DNA of 64,000 bases from the NCBI GenBank assembly GCA_964016885.1, contig OZ024748.1, positions 16,306,001 to 16,370,000 on the forward strand, in the 5' to 3' direction. Under the pieces are notes generated by a model. It ran no database searches, was not told the origin of the DNA, and was given only the letters and a program-made list of their open reading frames with translations. The DNA comes from Eledone cirrhosa (taxonomy: Eukaryota). Shown here piece by piece: positions 1 through 12,069 of the stretch (positions are counted from its first letter, which is position 1; each line of letters opens with the position of its first letter). Made by a program: the position numbers and the translations under genes.

Positions 1-471
1 TTTGGGAAAGGTTCGTCTTACAAACGAGGCCCACACCGGTTGTCCGGTGAGGAATACGTAGAGGTGCCGTAGCCTTAATGCGTGTTTACGCATCATTAGC
101 CACGGCATCCCCAGCCCTCCTTTCGAAGGGTGTTGACAGCAGATGGATCTCCTCACCATAGGAGCCCGCCTCTTCCAAAGGAATTGGAAGAGCGCGCGCT
201 CCATCTTGGTGAGGGTTTCCCTTGGGCAGGGCACTACGGTCAGGCGGTAGTAGATGACGGACGCTATGTAGGTGTTCGCCACCTCCGCCCGACCTTTCAG
301 GGATAGTTTGCAACTGGCCCACTTCTGGGTCAGTGCAAACACCCTGTTCGTAACCTCCGTCCAGTTTTTCTCCACCTGGAGGTCCGGTCCGAACCAGACC
401 CCGAGCAACTTCACCGGGCCCTCCGTCCAGCGTCCGACGACGCTATCGGAGGGCATCGGTCTGCCCCTCAT
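1..471 (-). mobile_element. Tx1/L1-clade LINE ORF2 fragment (RT C-terminus/thumb), 5'-truncated, running off the window start
   Basis: Manual translation gives an uninterrupted frame of about 157 aa: ...GPVKLLGVWFGPDLQVEKNW...KLSLKGRAEVANTYIASVIYYRL...ALFQFLWKRR...HPSKGGLGMP. These match the K.LGV.F, LSL.GR and KGGLG motifs of L1/Tx1 ORF2. It is GC-rich and abuts a TAGA/TA microsatellite. Confidence 0.85.
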
Positions 472-634
472 ATAGATAGATAGATGGATAGATATATATA
501 TTTATTGTTATACTTTGGGAGGGGTCATGTTGCCAATTCTGCTAGTATATATATATATATATATATATTTATATGCCATTCTGCTAGTATATATATATAT
601 ATATATATATATATTAATATATATATATATATAT

Positions 635-1865
635 ACTAGCAGAATGGCCCGGCGTTGCTCGGGATTTGCTATAGGGTTCTTATATATTTTATATATATTT
701 ATCCTTATCGAACCTCGTGAAATAAATACGTTTGTTTATATTTTGTTATTGTGTATGCAAAAATATCTGTCCATAAATATATAATTATATATATATATAT
801 ATATATGTAGGAGGTGAGTTTTATTGTAGTACAATAAAGCAATGCAGATATCGGATAAGAAGCACTCTACAGTTTGTGGGACTGGAGTATGCATAATATA
901 AGATCAAAAGATGGTTAAAGGAGTTCAATATATTTTATTATGCGCATTTCAAAAACAAACATCATCAAACAATAATATTTGTGTTTTCATCAGATAAAAC
1001 AGGAGAACATGATATGAAGGCTAAAAAAACACTTGTTGATAGTGCAGTTTTAATATGTTGATTTAAAACTGCACTATCAACAAGTGTTTTTTTAGCCTTC
1101 ATATCATGTTCTCCTGTTTTATCTGATGAAAACACAAATATTATTGTTTGATGATGTTTGTTTTTGAAATGCGCATAATAAAATATATTGAACTCCTTTA
1201 ACCATCTTTTGATCTTATATTATATATATATATATATATATATTAAAATAACAGATTAAAGTTTAAGCAAAGAATCACTGCTTTCACTCTTAACGGGATA
1301 TTCTACCTAAAAGCGGTATGAAGTACATACACTAAGACTAATTGATGTAATCCTTGGCCTTGTTTATTTATATGTTGTTTTTGTGTATGCAAAAATATCT
1401 GTACACGAATATCTATATTAAAATAACATATTAATGTTTAAACAAAGAATCGCTGCTTTCAACCTTGACGGGATCTTCTTAAACTAAAAAAATTAATCTG
1501 GAAAACAGGAAGATGATACTTTGGTTCGTGAAGACGTTCCCTGGCATAAGAATATATATATACACACATACACACTGATCGCGTCATAATGACGTAATGC
1601 AGACATTCAGGCATACAGATAGATATTATGAAGGCGCGACGTCATATCTATGTATCTATCTAAAAAGAGAAAGACTAAGAGAAAGAGAAAGGGATCGCTA
1701 AATCGCCTAATGCGGTCCCTAGGGCATTGAAAATTTGAAATTATTTTTGCTCAAAACACTTCCGGGGTCATACGAGTTACATGTATAAAGTTTGAAAAAA
1801 AACCGGTTGGGTACTTCTCGAGTTTTAGGGAAACAGACACACAGACATCCTCTGTTTTATATATA
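635..1865 (+). mobile_element. Non-autonomous Helitron/Helentron-like element (Lep1/HINE-style), interrupted by a fold-back insert at about 807-1223
   Basis: Starts ACTAGCAGAATGGCCCGGCGTTGCTCGGG (subterminal hairpin) and ends ACAGACACACAGACATCCTCTGTTTTATATAT within (TA)n. Has an internal duplication (749-780 plus 1240-1310 vs 1381-1480). Confidence 0.5.
807..1223. repeat. Fold-back element with perfect 161-bp inverted arms (893-1053 / 1063-1223) and a 9-nt loop
   Basis: Arms compared base by base and identical. A single-arm homolog lies at 15768-16072 and a fragment at 502-536. Confidence 0.9.
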
Positions 1866-2123
1866 TATACACACACACACATATAGATAGATAGATGGAT
1901 ATATATATATATGTTTATGTTTGCTTAACTACTAATGAGTGCGCTTCTAAATGGAAGAGTTGTTCTCACAGAACTGACTGGATCTACTTAAGAAAATCAT
2001 CTAACAAAGCTACACTCAATGTCATTTTACTTGCAAACATTTAAAAAAATATATTTTTGCATATAACTGTGAGTTTGCGTTTCGTTTCGCTTTTTCTACC
2101 CGCCAAAATGCGATTCTCACTGA

Positions 2124-2154
<31 letters not shown>

Positions 2155-2507
2155 AGTGTTCTTTTTCACTAATATTTCTGCTCTGCTTATACGCATAGAG
2201 CTTAACTAGCTACCGTCACATATTTGGTAGGTCAGACGTGATCATCGCGATTCACATACGACCTACCATACATCTTGCTTATATATATATATATATATAT
2301 CTTTCATATAAAATGACATCTCTAGGACTGGATTTGTTTCATTCATTTGAAATAACTCAAATGCATGTAAAAGTTCTAGATTTCTAGGGGTCATATCTAT
2401 ATGGAATAAATATACAGCTTTTCTACTATTATATTGAGTACCTCATTTAGCGGTGGCTCCAACCCATTATATATATATATAAGTATGTGTGTATATATAT
2501 ATATATA

Positions 2508-2810
2508 TCTTTTTGGTAAATAACATCTTGGTTAAGAGAGTGGGACTGGCTTTGTGCAGTGCCTTTGCTCACTATAAAAGCTTCACAGCACAGGCATTGC
2601 TTTATATCTGGAGATCTCTCTGCACTTGTCATCACATGGTACCTTGAGCCCAGCACTATGTGTCAATAATTGTCACAAGTGTAGTGTTTGTACCAAAGTT
2701 TTCAAGTCGTTGGCTGGACTAAAAAGTCACACTCGTTCAGCGCATCGGTAGGGGTTCTCCTACATGGATATAAAGTAGTGGCCGTACTCGAAAACGAGTT
2801 GGCAGCCACC
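2508..2810 (-). mobile_element. Interspersed repeat, inverted copy of 59750-60051 (probable LINE 5' UTR fragment)
   Basis: High identity to 59750-60051 in the opposite orientation; both copies begin GGTGGCTGCCAACTCG right at a (TA)n tract. Confidence 0.8.
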
Positions 2811-2925
2811 ATATATAGATATATGTGTGTCTCATCCTCATCGTATATATATATATGTATGTCACATCATCATCATATATATATATATATGTATGTCACA
2901 TCATCATCATATATATATATATATG

Positions 2926-2963
<38 letters not shown>

Positions 2964-2993
2964 ACATCATCATCATATATATATATATATATG

Positions 2994-3072
<79 letters not shown>

Positions 3073-3267
3073 GTGTATATATATATATATACATATATAG
3101 ATAGGTAAATATACACGGGTGTGTATGATTGTGTATAGAAGATTATATTAATAAGAGGAATTCCAACTTTGTCTGATTTACTCGTTTTATTTACAATCCT
3201 TTAAAATATATATAATATGGTATTATAATGAAATAGTATGATAGAATATTAAATTCTAAGTGTTAAT

Positions 3268-3306
3268 TGAACAAGTACTTTCATGCTTTTGCAATCTTCA
3301 GGTTCA
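3268..3306 (-). ncRNA. Minimal type I hammerhead ribozyme motif
   Basis: Minus-strand RNA: UGAAC-CUGAAGA-U-UGC-AAAA-GCA-U-GAAAGUACUU^GUUCA. Stem I UGAAC/GUUCA, stem II UGC/GCA, core CUGANGA plus GAAA, palindromic AAGUACUU in place of stem III. Confidence 0.7.
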
Positions 3307-3347
3307 TGATATGTGGTGACAGTCGACTTTGCAATTTTCAATACATA

Positions 3348-3426
<79 letters not shown>

Positions 3427-3496
3427 GTATATTTATTAACATTTTTGTCTTCAAATTTATTATTATTACTATATATATGTATATATATATATATAT

Positions 3497-3900
3497 AATA
3501 AATGTAATCTGAGTTTTTCGAATATTAATAATAATTTTCCATTCATTTGCAATTATGTAAACAGCTTCTTTTATAAGCCATGTCAGTAGAATGAGCCCCA
3601 CATTCTCACTCTTTTGTTGGCATTCAATCAGAACTGCCGACACTAATGTTTCTGGGTGAGAACCCTTCATCAGTGCAGTTTACTGCTTACTTGCCAATTG
3701 TCAGAGCTAGTGAAAATATATGATATTTTCTGAAATATATAGTGACTGATCGGCCTGATTTGCATATTAGCAGACTGGCTGATCAGAGCGAGAATGAGGG
3801 GCTCATTCTACTGATATGGCTTATAAAAGAGGCTGTTTGCATAATTGCTAACGAATCAAATATTATTATTAATATTTGAAAAACTCAGATTACATTTATT
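3497..3900. mobile_element. Penelope-like fold-back fragment: about 116-bp inverted arms (3497-3612 / 3785-3900) around a hammerhead-containing spacer
   Basis: AATAAATGTAATCTGAGTTTTTC...ATTCTCACTCT mirrors AGAGCGAGAAT...AAAACTCAGATTACATTTATT; flanked by (TA)n. Confidence 0.7.
3632..3680 (-). ncRNA. Type I hammerhead ribozyme motif
   Basis: Minus-strand RNA: AACUGCA-CUGAUGA-A-GGGU-UCUC-ACCC-A-GAA-ACA-UUAG-UGU-C^GGCAGUU. Stem I AACUGC/GCAGUU, stem II GGGU/ACCC, stem III ACA/UGU, GUC cleavage triplet. Confidence 0.8.
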
Positions 3901-3924
3901 GTATTCAGCCATGAAGAGCGATAA

Positions 3925-3980
<56 letters not shown>

Positions 3981-4949
3981 CATTATAATCAATATTTAGC
4001 ATTTGTTTTCAGTAATATCTTGCTAATGAGGTTTCATATGATATAGAGTGTTATGAGTTAATAAACATAAAACATCCTTGTTGAAATAATAAATAAATCC
4101 GTTAGCTAATACAGCATTTCCAAAATTGGATATACATCCACGCAATTTCTCAAATCCACATTGCATTCTGTAATATATTTAGATTTCACTTGAGTAAATA
4201 TTTTTTGTACCTGTATATGCTGATTGTATTTATCATATTATCGACAAAATCTGGTATGGGAGTTCCGATTGAGAAAAAAATTGAAGTTTTATTTTAATTG
4301 GTTTGGTTTCAAATATCCAGATTAAGAAAAAAACTTAGAAGTTTTCTTCTATATATGAACCCATGTGGTGAAGAATCAAATCAAAATCACTTTTAAAATT
4401 TTAAATTGAAAATGTTGAATTTAAATCAATGAAATAGCTTCAGCTTTGGATTTAATTCAATATTCAAACCCCAATCATTTTCTGATAAAATTTCTCAACA
4501 ATTTTCGCTTTTGGTATTTTCTTTTTTTTTTTGTAAATTTCAAATCCGAAAGAAAATGAAATATAGTCTCATATCAAATTATTCATTTTTTAAATTTCCA
4601 TCTGAGTAATTCTCCTCATTCTATTACAATGTCCATGTGGGATATGTTTATGGATTAAAATGTAAGCAATACAAATCATCATCATCACCACCACCACCAC
4701 CATCATCGTTTTTATCTCTGTTTCACATGCTTGCATGGATTGGATGGATCCGTTTCAGCCCAGCATCTCTCCATTCACCGCATTCATTTGCCATCTCCTC
4801 TGTGAGTCTCAGATCACCAATCTTTATTTCAATTCATATATATTTGTGATAATATATCTGTCAGGCAGAAATCAACAAATAAGCTGGCAGGTAGAAAGGA
4901 ACTACTCCTTGCAGCCATAAAATGATTAAAACACACATGTAATCCATGC

Positions 4950-5440
4950 ATCTCTCTGTCCAAGAAGATTCTCCAAGGCACAGGTGAAAGAGAGTAAAAA
5001 GAGCAACATCAAAAACTGGACAGGTCACAACAGTGTGACACTGTTGTGTATGTCAGAGACCAGAGGTGATTCCTAACTATCAGAGCTGGTCTGGCAACAT
5101 CAAAAACTGGACAGGTCACTATACTGTGACCCTTCTGTGTATTATGGAGGACAAATGTGATTGTTCACTGTCAGAGATAGTCTGCCAATATCAAGGACTG
5201 GACTTTTCAAAACATTTCTGACTGTCAGAACAGGTCTGACAACAACAAAACCTGAACAGGCCACAACACTGTGATACTACTGAATATGACAGAGACCAGA
5301 GGTGATTTCTGACTGCCAGAGTTGGACGGACAACGTCAGCGACTGGACAGGTCACTACACGTCTGTGTATAATGAAGGACAGAGACCAGTGGTGACTGTT
5401 GTCTGCAAACACCTTCTAATGTGGCACCCCGATGACTGGC
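4950..5440 (+). repeat. Degenerate tandem array (about 5 units of 70-90 bp), probably derived from a LINE 3' end
   Basis: Recurring CAACATCAAAAACTGGACAGGTCAC...AGAGACCAGAGGTGA; the preceding sequence reads SLSKKILQGT, like an RTE ORF2 C-terminus. Confidence 0.55.
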
Positions 5441-5509
5441 TGCCCTGAACATCCTCAATTAATTTGACATATTTCATTCAGTTCAGTTTAATCCACTATT
5501 TAAAAAAAT

Positions 5510-5720
5510 ATATTTCAGGCCTCCTTATATTTCAAGTCACATACAGTTACATACATTTCAGGCCTCCATATACAGTTACATACATTTCAGGCCTCCATAT
5601 ATTTCAAGTCACATACAGTTACATACATTTCAGGCCTCCATATCTTTCAAGTCTAGAGTTACATAAATTTCAGGCCTCCATATATTTCAAGTCACATACA
5701 GTTACATAAATTTCAGGCCC
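5510..5720 (+). repeat. Minisatellite, about 28-43 bp units
   Basis: Repeated ATTTCAGGCCTCCATATATTTCAAGTCACATACAGTTACATA. Confidence 0.8.
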
Positions 5721-6730
5721 CTTTTATCATATATTATGTCATATTTGTTACAGAGAATAGCTGAGAAGTGAAAATGATGTATCATGTTAATGTATATTCA
5801 TTAACCTTAACATACACCGTCATCAATATTATTTCTATTACCTTAGACTACAAACTTTGTAGATTTCTAGGAAACTCTTAGATCATAAAAGGCTTTCATG
5901 CATTAATCAGGTCCACTATAAAGTGTTTTGCTGCATCATATCCATCATTATTATATTAGGTAGCATTTATGGTTGAACATCTCTATACTATTTCTTCTAC
6001 ATCCAATGGTGATTCCTAGCATACCACTAATCAATTACTTTTTTTTTTATTGCTCTGCAAAAGCTCTTTCCATTTACATCGATTCATAGATTTACAAATA
6101 ACTAAATACATTAGTCATAATTATGTCCACTATCCATTCTCTTTGAATGCAGATCATTTTATAGACAACTGCTAACTAATGCTAATCTAACTGAAACATT
6201 TCATAACTAGCCGTTCTTTAAATCTAAAATGAAAAACCTTCATTCAAGTACATTTCATCTTCTCTCTAATAAGATACATAAAACCTAATTCCTACATAAC
6301 AAATCTCTTATAAAACCTTCACTAACTTTCAAACTTCCAGCATCGTCTGTCTTATAGGAATACAGAATTCTTGCCTAAAACCTACATCAAGTTTTCTTTT
6401 ACTTCCTCTAAACTTTGGCATATAAGTGAATTTTAAGATTCTTAGCTCAGAATTCTGTGTTAGGGCTACATCTATTGTATAGGGCAACACTCTCAAACAT
6501 GTTCTACAAAGTACCTAAAGAAACTGTACTCACTGCTCCTGTCAAATATTGGTATCACTGATATACACAATAGCTATATTCACCACCAACTACATATGGA
6601 ATCCAATGCAAAACTTTTCTACCACTTGTCTACATGGCCATAACGATTTGCATATATCCCCACACTATAAATCAATCCTTAGTTTCGAGAAATATTTTGG
6701 GACTGAAAATATTGATGTATATGACAAGCA

Positions 6731-6848
6731 TGCAGCCCTTTACAAGCACACCTGCAGCCCTTTACAAGCACACCTGCAGCCCTTTACAGGCACACCTGCA
6801 GCCCTTTACAAGCACACTTGCAGCCCTTTACAAGCACACCTGCAGCCC
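6731..6848 (+). repeat. 22-bp tandem repeat (5+ units)
   Basis: TGCAGCCCTTTACAAGCACACC at 6731, 6753, 6775, 6797, 6819, and partial at 6841. Confidence 0.9.
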
Positions 6849-7739
6849 GCACAAAGGTTTTTACAGCGTGAGCATGTTTTACCTTTGTAACATAAAATAA
6901 AAAAACATTAGTTGTAATGTGTGCAATTAGTTGTCATGTGTGGCCCTCAGAGAACACAAATATGACCCATGTCACCCTTGGAAGACACTCAATTTAACAT
7001 GCCTGATTTACAGCATTTCTGAGTGGCCTGGAACAACACAAAATAAAGTGTCCTTTCAAGGATGCAATGCATTACTGGGAATTGAACTCAAGACCTTATA
7101 ATCATGAGCTAAACACACTAAAAGAGTAAATAGTAACACAGTTAACTGCTGTTTTAAAATGTTTTGATATTTCTAGTTTCATTCTTTCTGTGTGTTTATT
7201 AGAAAAGTAGTATTAACTATATGTTTCATGTTCATCACTCTGTTATATCGGTTGATTCGAAACTATGATTGCTTTAAACATTTTCTAGAATGATTTATAA
7301 TATACTTATCTTCTATCTTCTTGGCTTTTGCTGTTTATTTGGTTCTTTGATTGTTTGTATTTTTTTTTGGAAAACTTCTCCTCCCGAAAATGTCTTTGAA
7401 ATTTTATTGTTAATAAATATTTAAAATAAGAGATAAACGTTATCAGCAAACAACATCGGCAACATAAAACGCTCTGATGTGAAAAGTTCGATCAGACGAT
7501 AATTAGAATGCTTAAGAAGCAACAGACTGTGGACACATTTCAAAGGAATGAAAAGCCTCCAGTAAGCTTCCCTCCAAAAACATAACATTCCTGCTATGAT
7601 CAGTCTGTAGATCTACAGCATAAATTATGTTCAGTCAAATAGTAAATAGAACTGAATAACTGTTTATTTATTCATTTTATTATTATTATTATTTGTGTCT
7701 CAGTCATTGATGTTATTTAACTGGAAAGTTTGTTCCAAT

Positions 7740-8045
7740 GAACAGCCAGCAAGCTGCTACCTGCAGCCTCAGATATGCAGGACATATTGGAGGGTTCCCA
7801 GCAAGCATGCCTTTTGAAGTGTTCCAAAAAAGTGGGTTGGACTAATGTTCTTTAACCATTCTTGAAAACTCTTCGAGATAGTACCTAGTGCTCCTATGAT
7901 AATCAGGACGACCTTGATCTCATGACAGTCCCATATCCTTTTTAATTCGCACTTTAAATCCTGGTGTCGGTTAATTTTTTCCTTCAAATCCTGGTGTCGG
8001 TTAATTTTCACCTTCAAATCCTGGTATTAGTTAATTTTCTCCTCC
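7740..8045 (-). mobile_element. RLE-type (R4/Dong/NeSL/Hero-like) non-LTR element 3' fragment
   Basis: KEKINRHQDLKCELKRIWDCHEIKVVLIIIGALGTI...LQKACLLGT, the restriction-like endonuclease C-terminus. Confidence 0.75.
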
Positions 8046-8077
8046 ATTATTTGTATTGCACCATTATTTGTATTGAG

Positions 8078-8252
8078 GGCGGTGTATTGGCAGTATCGGT
8101 AGCGGGTCGGACGCCATGCTTTCCAGCATAGTTACGTCCCTTTACGATCTGTGTTCAAATCCCGCTAAGGTTGACTTTGCCTTTCATCCTTACGGGGTCG
8201 ATAAAATAAAGTACCAGTAATGCTGGCCTTGTGCCTAAAGTAGAAACAATTA
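8078..8252 (+). mobile_element. SINE family B (about 190 bp)
   Basis: GGCGG..TTGGCAGTATCGGTAG...GTTCAAATCCCGC...CTTTGCCTTTCATCCTTACGGGGTCGATAAAATAAAGTACCAG...GTAGAAACAATTATT. At least 15 copies or fragments in the window, e.g. 8620, 9120, 9253, 10150-10335, 20400, 32840, 34110, 34310, 34515, 43483, 44897, 47775, 47940, 61845. Confidence 0.85.
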
Positions 8253-8259
8253 TTTGTAT

Positions 8260-8605
8260 TGCACATCATTACTGCTTTACCGAGCACAGCTCTGTGTGCC
8301 TTGGGTATGTGCAGTGTAATTTTTGCTGATGTTATTTCTATTGTATTGATAGTACTTTTCATAATATATGTGCAGTACCTAGTAGTACTATTTTTTATAT
8401 GTGGTACATATTTGTAAGTCCTTGGGTTTTGGTTATGTACTTGCCTGTGTTTTTTTATCATTCCTAGAGCACCTATTATTATAGGTATTGCTTCTGTTTC
8501 CATTTTCCATATTTGAGTTATTTCTATCTCTAGATCTTTATATTGGGAGAGGTTCTCTATTTCCTTGGAAGATATATTGTCGTCTGTGGGGACAGATACA
8601 TCTAT
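8260..8605 (-). mobile_element. Second RLE-type non-LTR element 3' fragment
   Basis: IIIIDVSVPTDDNISSKEIENLSQYKDLEIEITQIWKMETEAIPIIIGALGMIKK, a PD-(D/E)xK-type RLE region; frameshifted downstream. Confidence 0.8.
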
Positions 8606-10354
8606 TATTATTATTGTTTGGTGGTGGATTGGCAGTGTTGGTGGAGAGTCGGGTGCCATGCTTAGCAACATAGAGTTATGGCCCTTTATGATCTGAATTC
8701 AAATCCTGCCGAGGTTAACTTTGCCTTTAATCCTTACGGGGTCAATAAAATAAATTTCCAGTCACGCACTGGGGTCAATGTAATCAACTTTCCCTTCCCC
8801 CAAAATTGCTGGCCTTGTGCCTATATAAGAAACCATTGTTATTATTATTATTATTGTTTGTTTCTGAAGTGATTTGAGTGTAAAATATTAAAAGGTCCAG
8901 CAATAAAACAACAAACAAGAGGAATAATTGATCGTTTTCATCTTCCAGCTTTATTGTTTTGCCATTTCCCTTTGTAGGTAATCTAACAGTTTATGGTTAA
9001 CAGATAGTTTCTATACCATCTCATGGCTGTATCAGAATATTAATTCTCTTTGTTTATAAATTACAGTTTCATTAGTGTTAATTAAGATAATTAAGATTCA
9101 AAGATTATCTCCAAAATTGCTGAATTGGTGGAATTGTTAGGAACACTGTACAGAATGCTTTGCGGTATTCATTCCATCTTGTTGCATTTTCTGAATTCAA
9201 ATCCTACTGGGGTCAATTTTTTCTTTCATCCATTTTGTGGTCGATAAATAATTGTTTCTACTTTTGGCACAAGGCCAGCAATTACCCAGTGCATTACTGG
9301 TACTTTATTTTATCGACCCTGTAAGGATGAAAGGCAAAGTCAACCTCGGCGGGATTTGAACTCAGATCGTAAAGGGACGTAACTCTGCTGGAAAGTGGTC
9401 GATAAATAATGTACCTGTCAAGTACTGGGGTTGCTTCTTCCTCTATATCTCTTTCTCACTCACTTCCTCTTTATCTCAATTTCTTGCCCCTTCTCTGGAA
9501 GAAATTGACTGTATTCCAACCTGGAGAGGCGATAGGCTCTGCCAGTTTTAAAGTGCCCAAGACACGCAAATGATTTCATCAGAAGTTACAGATTCGTTCA
9601 TAAAATTAAGATTCTGAGAATATCTGAAAAGGTAGGGTGTATTGGCAGAGTGGTTAGGACATTAGACAGAATAATTTGAAGAATTAACTTTGGTTATCAC
9701 AGCTCTGAGTTCAAATATCACCAAGGCCTGGTTTACCTTTCATCTTTTTAAGGTCAATGAATTAGGTACCAGAAAAATACTGGGATCGATTCTTTCCCTT
9801 TATCTCACACACACACACAAACTCTCTCTCTCTTTTGCTATCTCTCTCTTACCACTGGAACAAATCACCTGTGTTTAGACCTGGTTAAGGATGAGATCCA
9901 CCAAGTTTAAAATTCCAAAGACATGACAGCATCCATATGACTCCATCAAGAGTTAAAGGTCCATAAATGGAAGTTTATGTCAAAATCACGTACTCCATTT
10001 GGAACAGTTTAGTTTTAAAGTTATATTTCTTGGAGTGAATTTAACCATATTTTGTATATTACATCTTGTCCCACAGACTGAGTGCTCTACCAACTTTGGA
10101 TACAATTTTTTAATGAAATTCACTTCACTATATATATATAATAATAATAATAATTGTTTCTACGTTAGGCACAAGGCCAGCAATCACCCAGTGCATTACT
10201 GGTACTTATAATAATAATAATAATAATAATTGTTTCTACTTTTGGCACAAGACCAGCAATTATCCCAGTGCATTACTGGTACTTTATTTTATCGACCCTG
10301 TAAGGATGAAAGGCAAAGTCAACCTCGGCGGGATAATAATAATAGTAATAATAA

Positions 10355-10660
10355 TAATAATACAAGGATGATTGATTAAGCCTTCTTTACATTTATTGAT
10401 TGGTGATGCACTTTTCGCTATTAGGTTTGATCTGTATCGATCTGGTCTGCCTCTGGAATCAAAAGCTCATCGGACCTCTGTTGTAGTAATGACAGTTAAG
10501 ATGCATCACCAATCAATAAGTGTAATGAAGGCTTAACCAACCGTCCTTGTATTATTATATTACACTCTGTCTAGCTCTACACCTCGATACTGACGTGAAC
10601 CTAAACATCGGGTGCTCACCTGGGTGAACCTTCAGTAACTTTACGTTACACTCCCTGGAT
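10355..10660. mobile_element. Short fold-back repeat (arms about 10355-10411 / 10501-10557), Penelope-like fragment
   Basis: Inverted arms AATACAAGGATGATTGATTAAGCCTTC... / ...GAAGGCTTAACCAACCGTCCTTGTATT; homologous single-arm copy at about 33966-34090. Confidence 0.6.
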
Positions 10661-10877
10661 ATATATATTTATATAACAGAAGAAGTGATGGCTAAAACTT
10701 TAAAGTAACTGCCACCATCTAATTTTTTTTTTTTTTTTTTTTTGAATAAATCTTACACTGCTCACATGTATTGAGTGCTTATTCAGTTAATGTCTGATAA
10801 TTTTATATACACTAGTAATTAAAACACCTAATTAAATGTGTGTGTATGTGTGTATCTATCTATCTATCTATCTATCT

Positions 10878-10878
<1 letters not shown>

Positions 10879-10926
<48 letters not shown>

Positions 10927-11252
10927 CCATTTTACGTCCGCTTTTCCCTGGTTGCAAGGGTGGGACGGGAACTGATGCTGGCTTGATTTCTACAGCTGGA
11001 TGCCCTTCCTAACACCAACCTCATTTACAGTGAGTGCTGGGTGCTTTTTTGCCGTGGCACCTCCACGACCACTTTGCAGTGGAATGATAGGGACCCCAGT
11101 CCCTATCATCTCATTTCTACAGCTGAGTAAACTGGAGCAATGTGAAATAAAGTGTCTTGCTCAAGGAAACAACACATCTACCGGTCTGAGAATTGAACTC
11201 ACAACCTTTCGATTGCAAGGCCAATGCTCTAACCACTAAGCCATGTGCCTCC
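10879..11252 (-). mobile_element. SINE family A (tRNA head, CORE-like domain, RTE-type tail, (GAT)n)
   Basis: Head GGAGGCACATGGCTTAGTGG (A box)...GAGTTCAATTCT (B box). Core CCTTGAGCAAGACACTT...CAGCTGTAGAAATGAG resembles the MIR/CORE domain. Tail CCACCCTTGCAA...GGACGTAAAA followed by (GAT)n. Confidence 0.9.
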
Positions 11253-12069
11253 ATATATATATATATATACATACAATGTGAGTGAAAATGCCTCAATTGC
11301 ATGAAGTCATAAAAGTGTATACACACAAACTCATATAATCACAAACAGTTATATATAGGCACACACATATACACAGAAGCAACAGCAATGGCACTTCAAC
11401 AAAACATCTACCATCACCATCACCACCACCACTACATACGGATTTATATTCAAAAAGGTAATTTCAGATTTCAACAGATTTCATTCATAAACATGCAGTT
11501 GTTAATTACCAAAATCTATACAGAACGGTATAAGTTAATGATGTGCAGAAAGGTGGAACAACAGTAACAACAACAGTAACAACAGTAACAACAACATTAA
11601 CTCTACAAATAAACACCTCACCTCATAAAACACACAAATAATGAAATACTTGATATTCTTTTAATTTAAGCCTTCAGTGAAATCTTTCAAACTATAATGG
11701 AAATAATCTCAACAAAACTGTAAAAATAAAAAACACAGATTACAGTCTGGTTAATGAGTGACTGGTTAATGAGTTTGTTGCACAACCATGTTGTATTGAG
11801 TTCTGCCTTACTGCTCTGTTCCTTGAGCAAGTGTCTTCTAATAAAACCTCAGTTTGACCAATGCCTTGAGAGTAGAATTTGGTAGATGGACACTGCAGAA
11901 GCCTGTATATGTATATATAAATGTGGTTGGTCTTAGGAGGGGCATTTAGCCATAGAAACTAAGCTAGAAACAGTTCTGTATGAGCAAGGCATGGTTATCT
12001 AACTTGACCTGTCTCACAATGGGACTACTTGTTTAACAAATGCTAGCATGGAAAAATGGATTTTCAATG

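Noticed and set aside
6050-6540. Possible ancient L1/Tx1 3' fragment on the minus strand
   Set aside because: Only faint motif hints with many stops; not supportable by eye.
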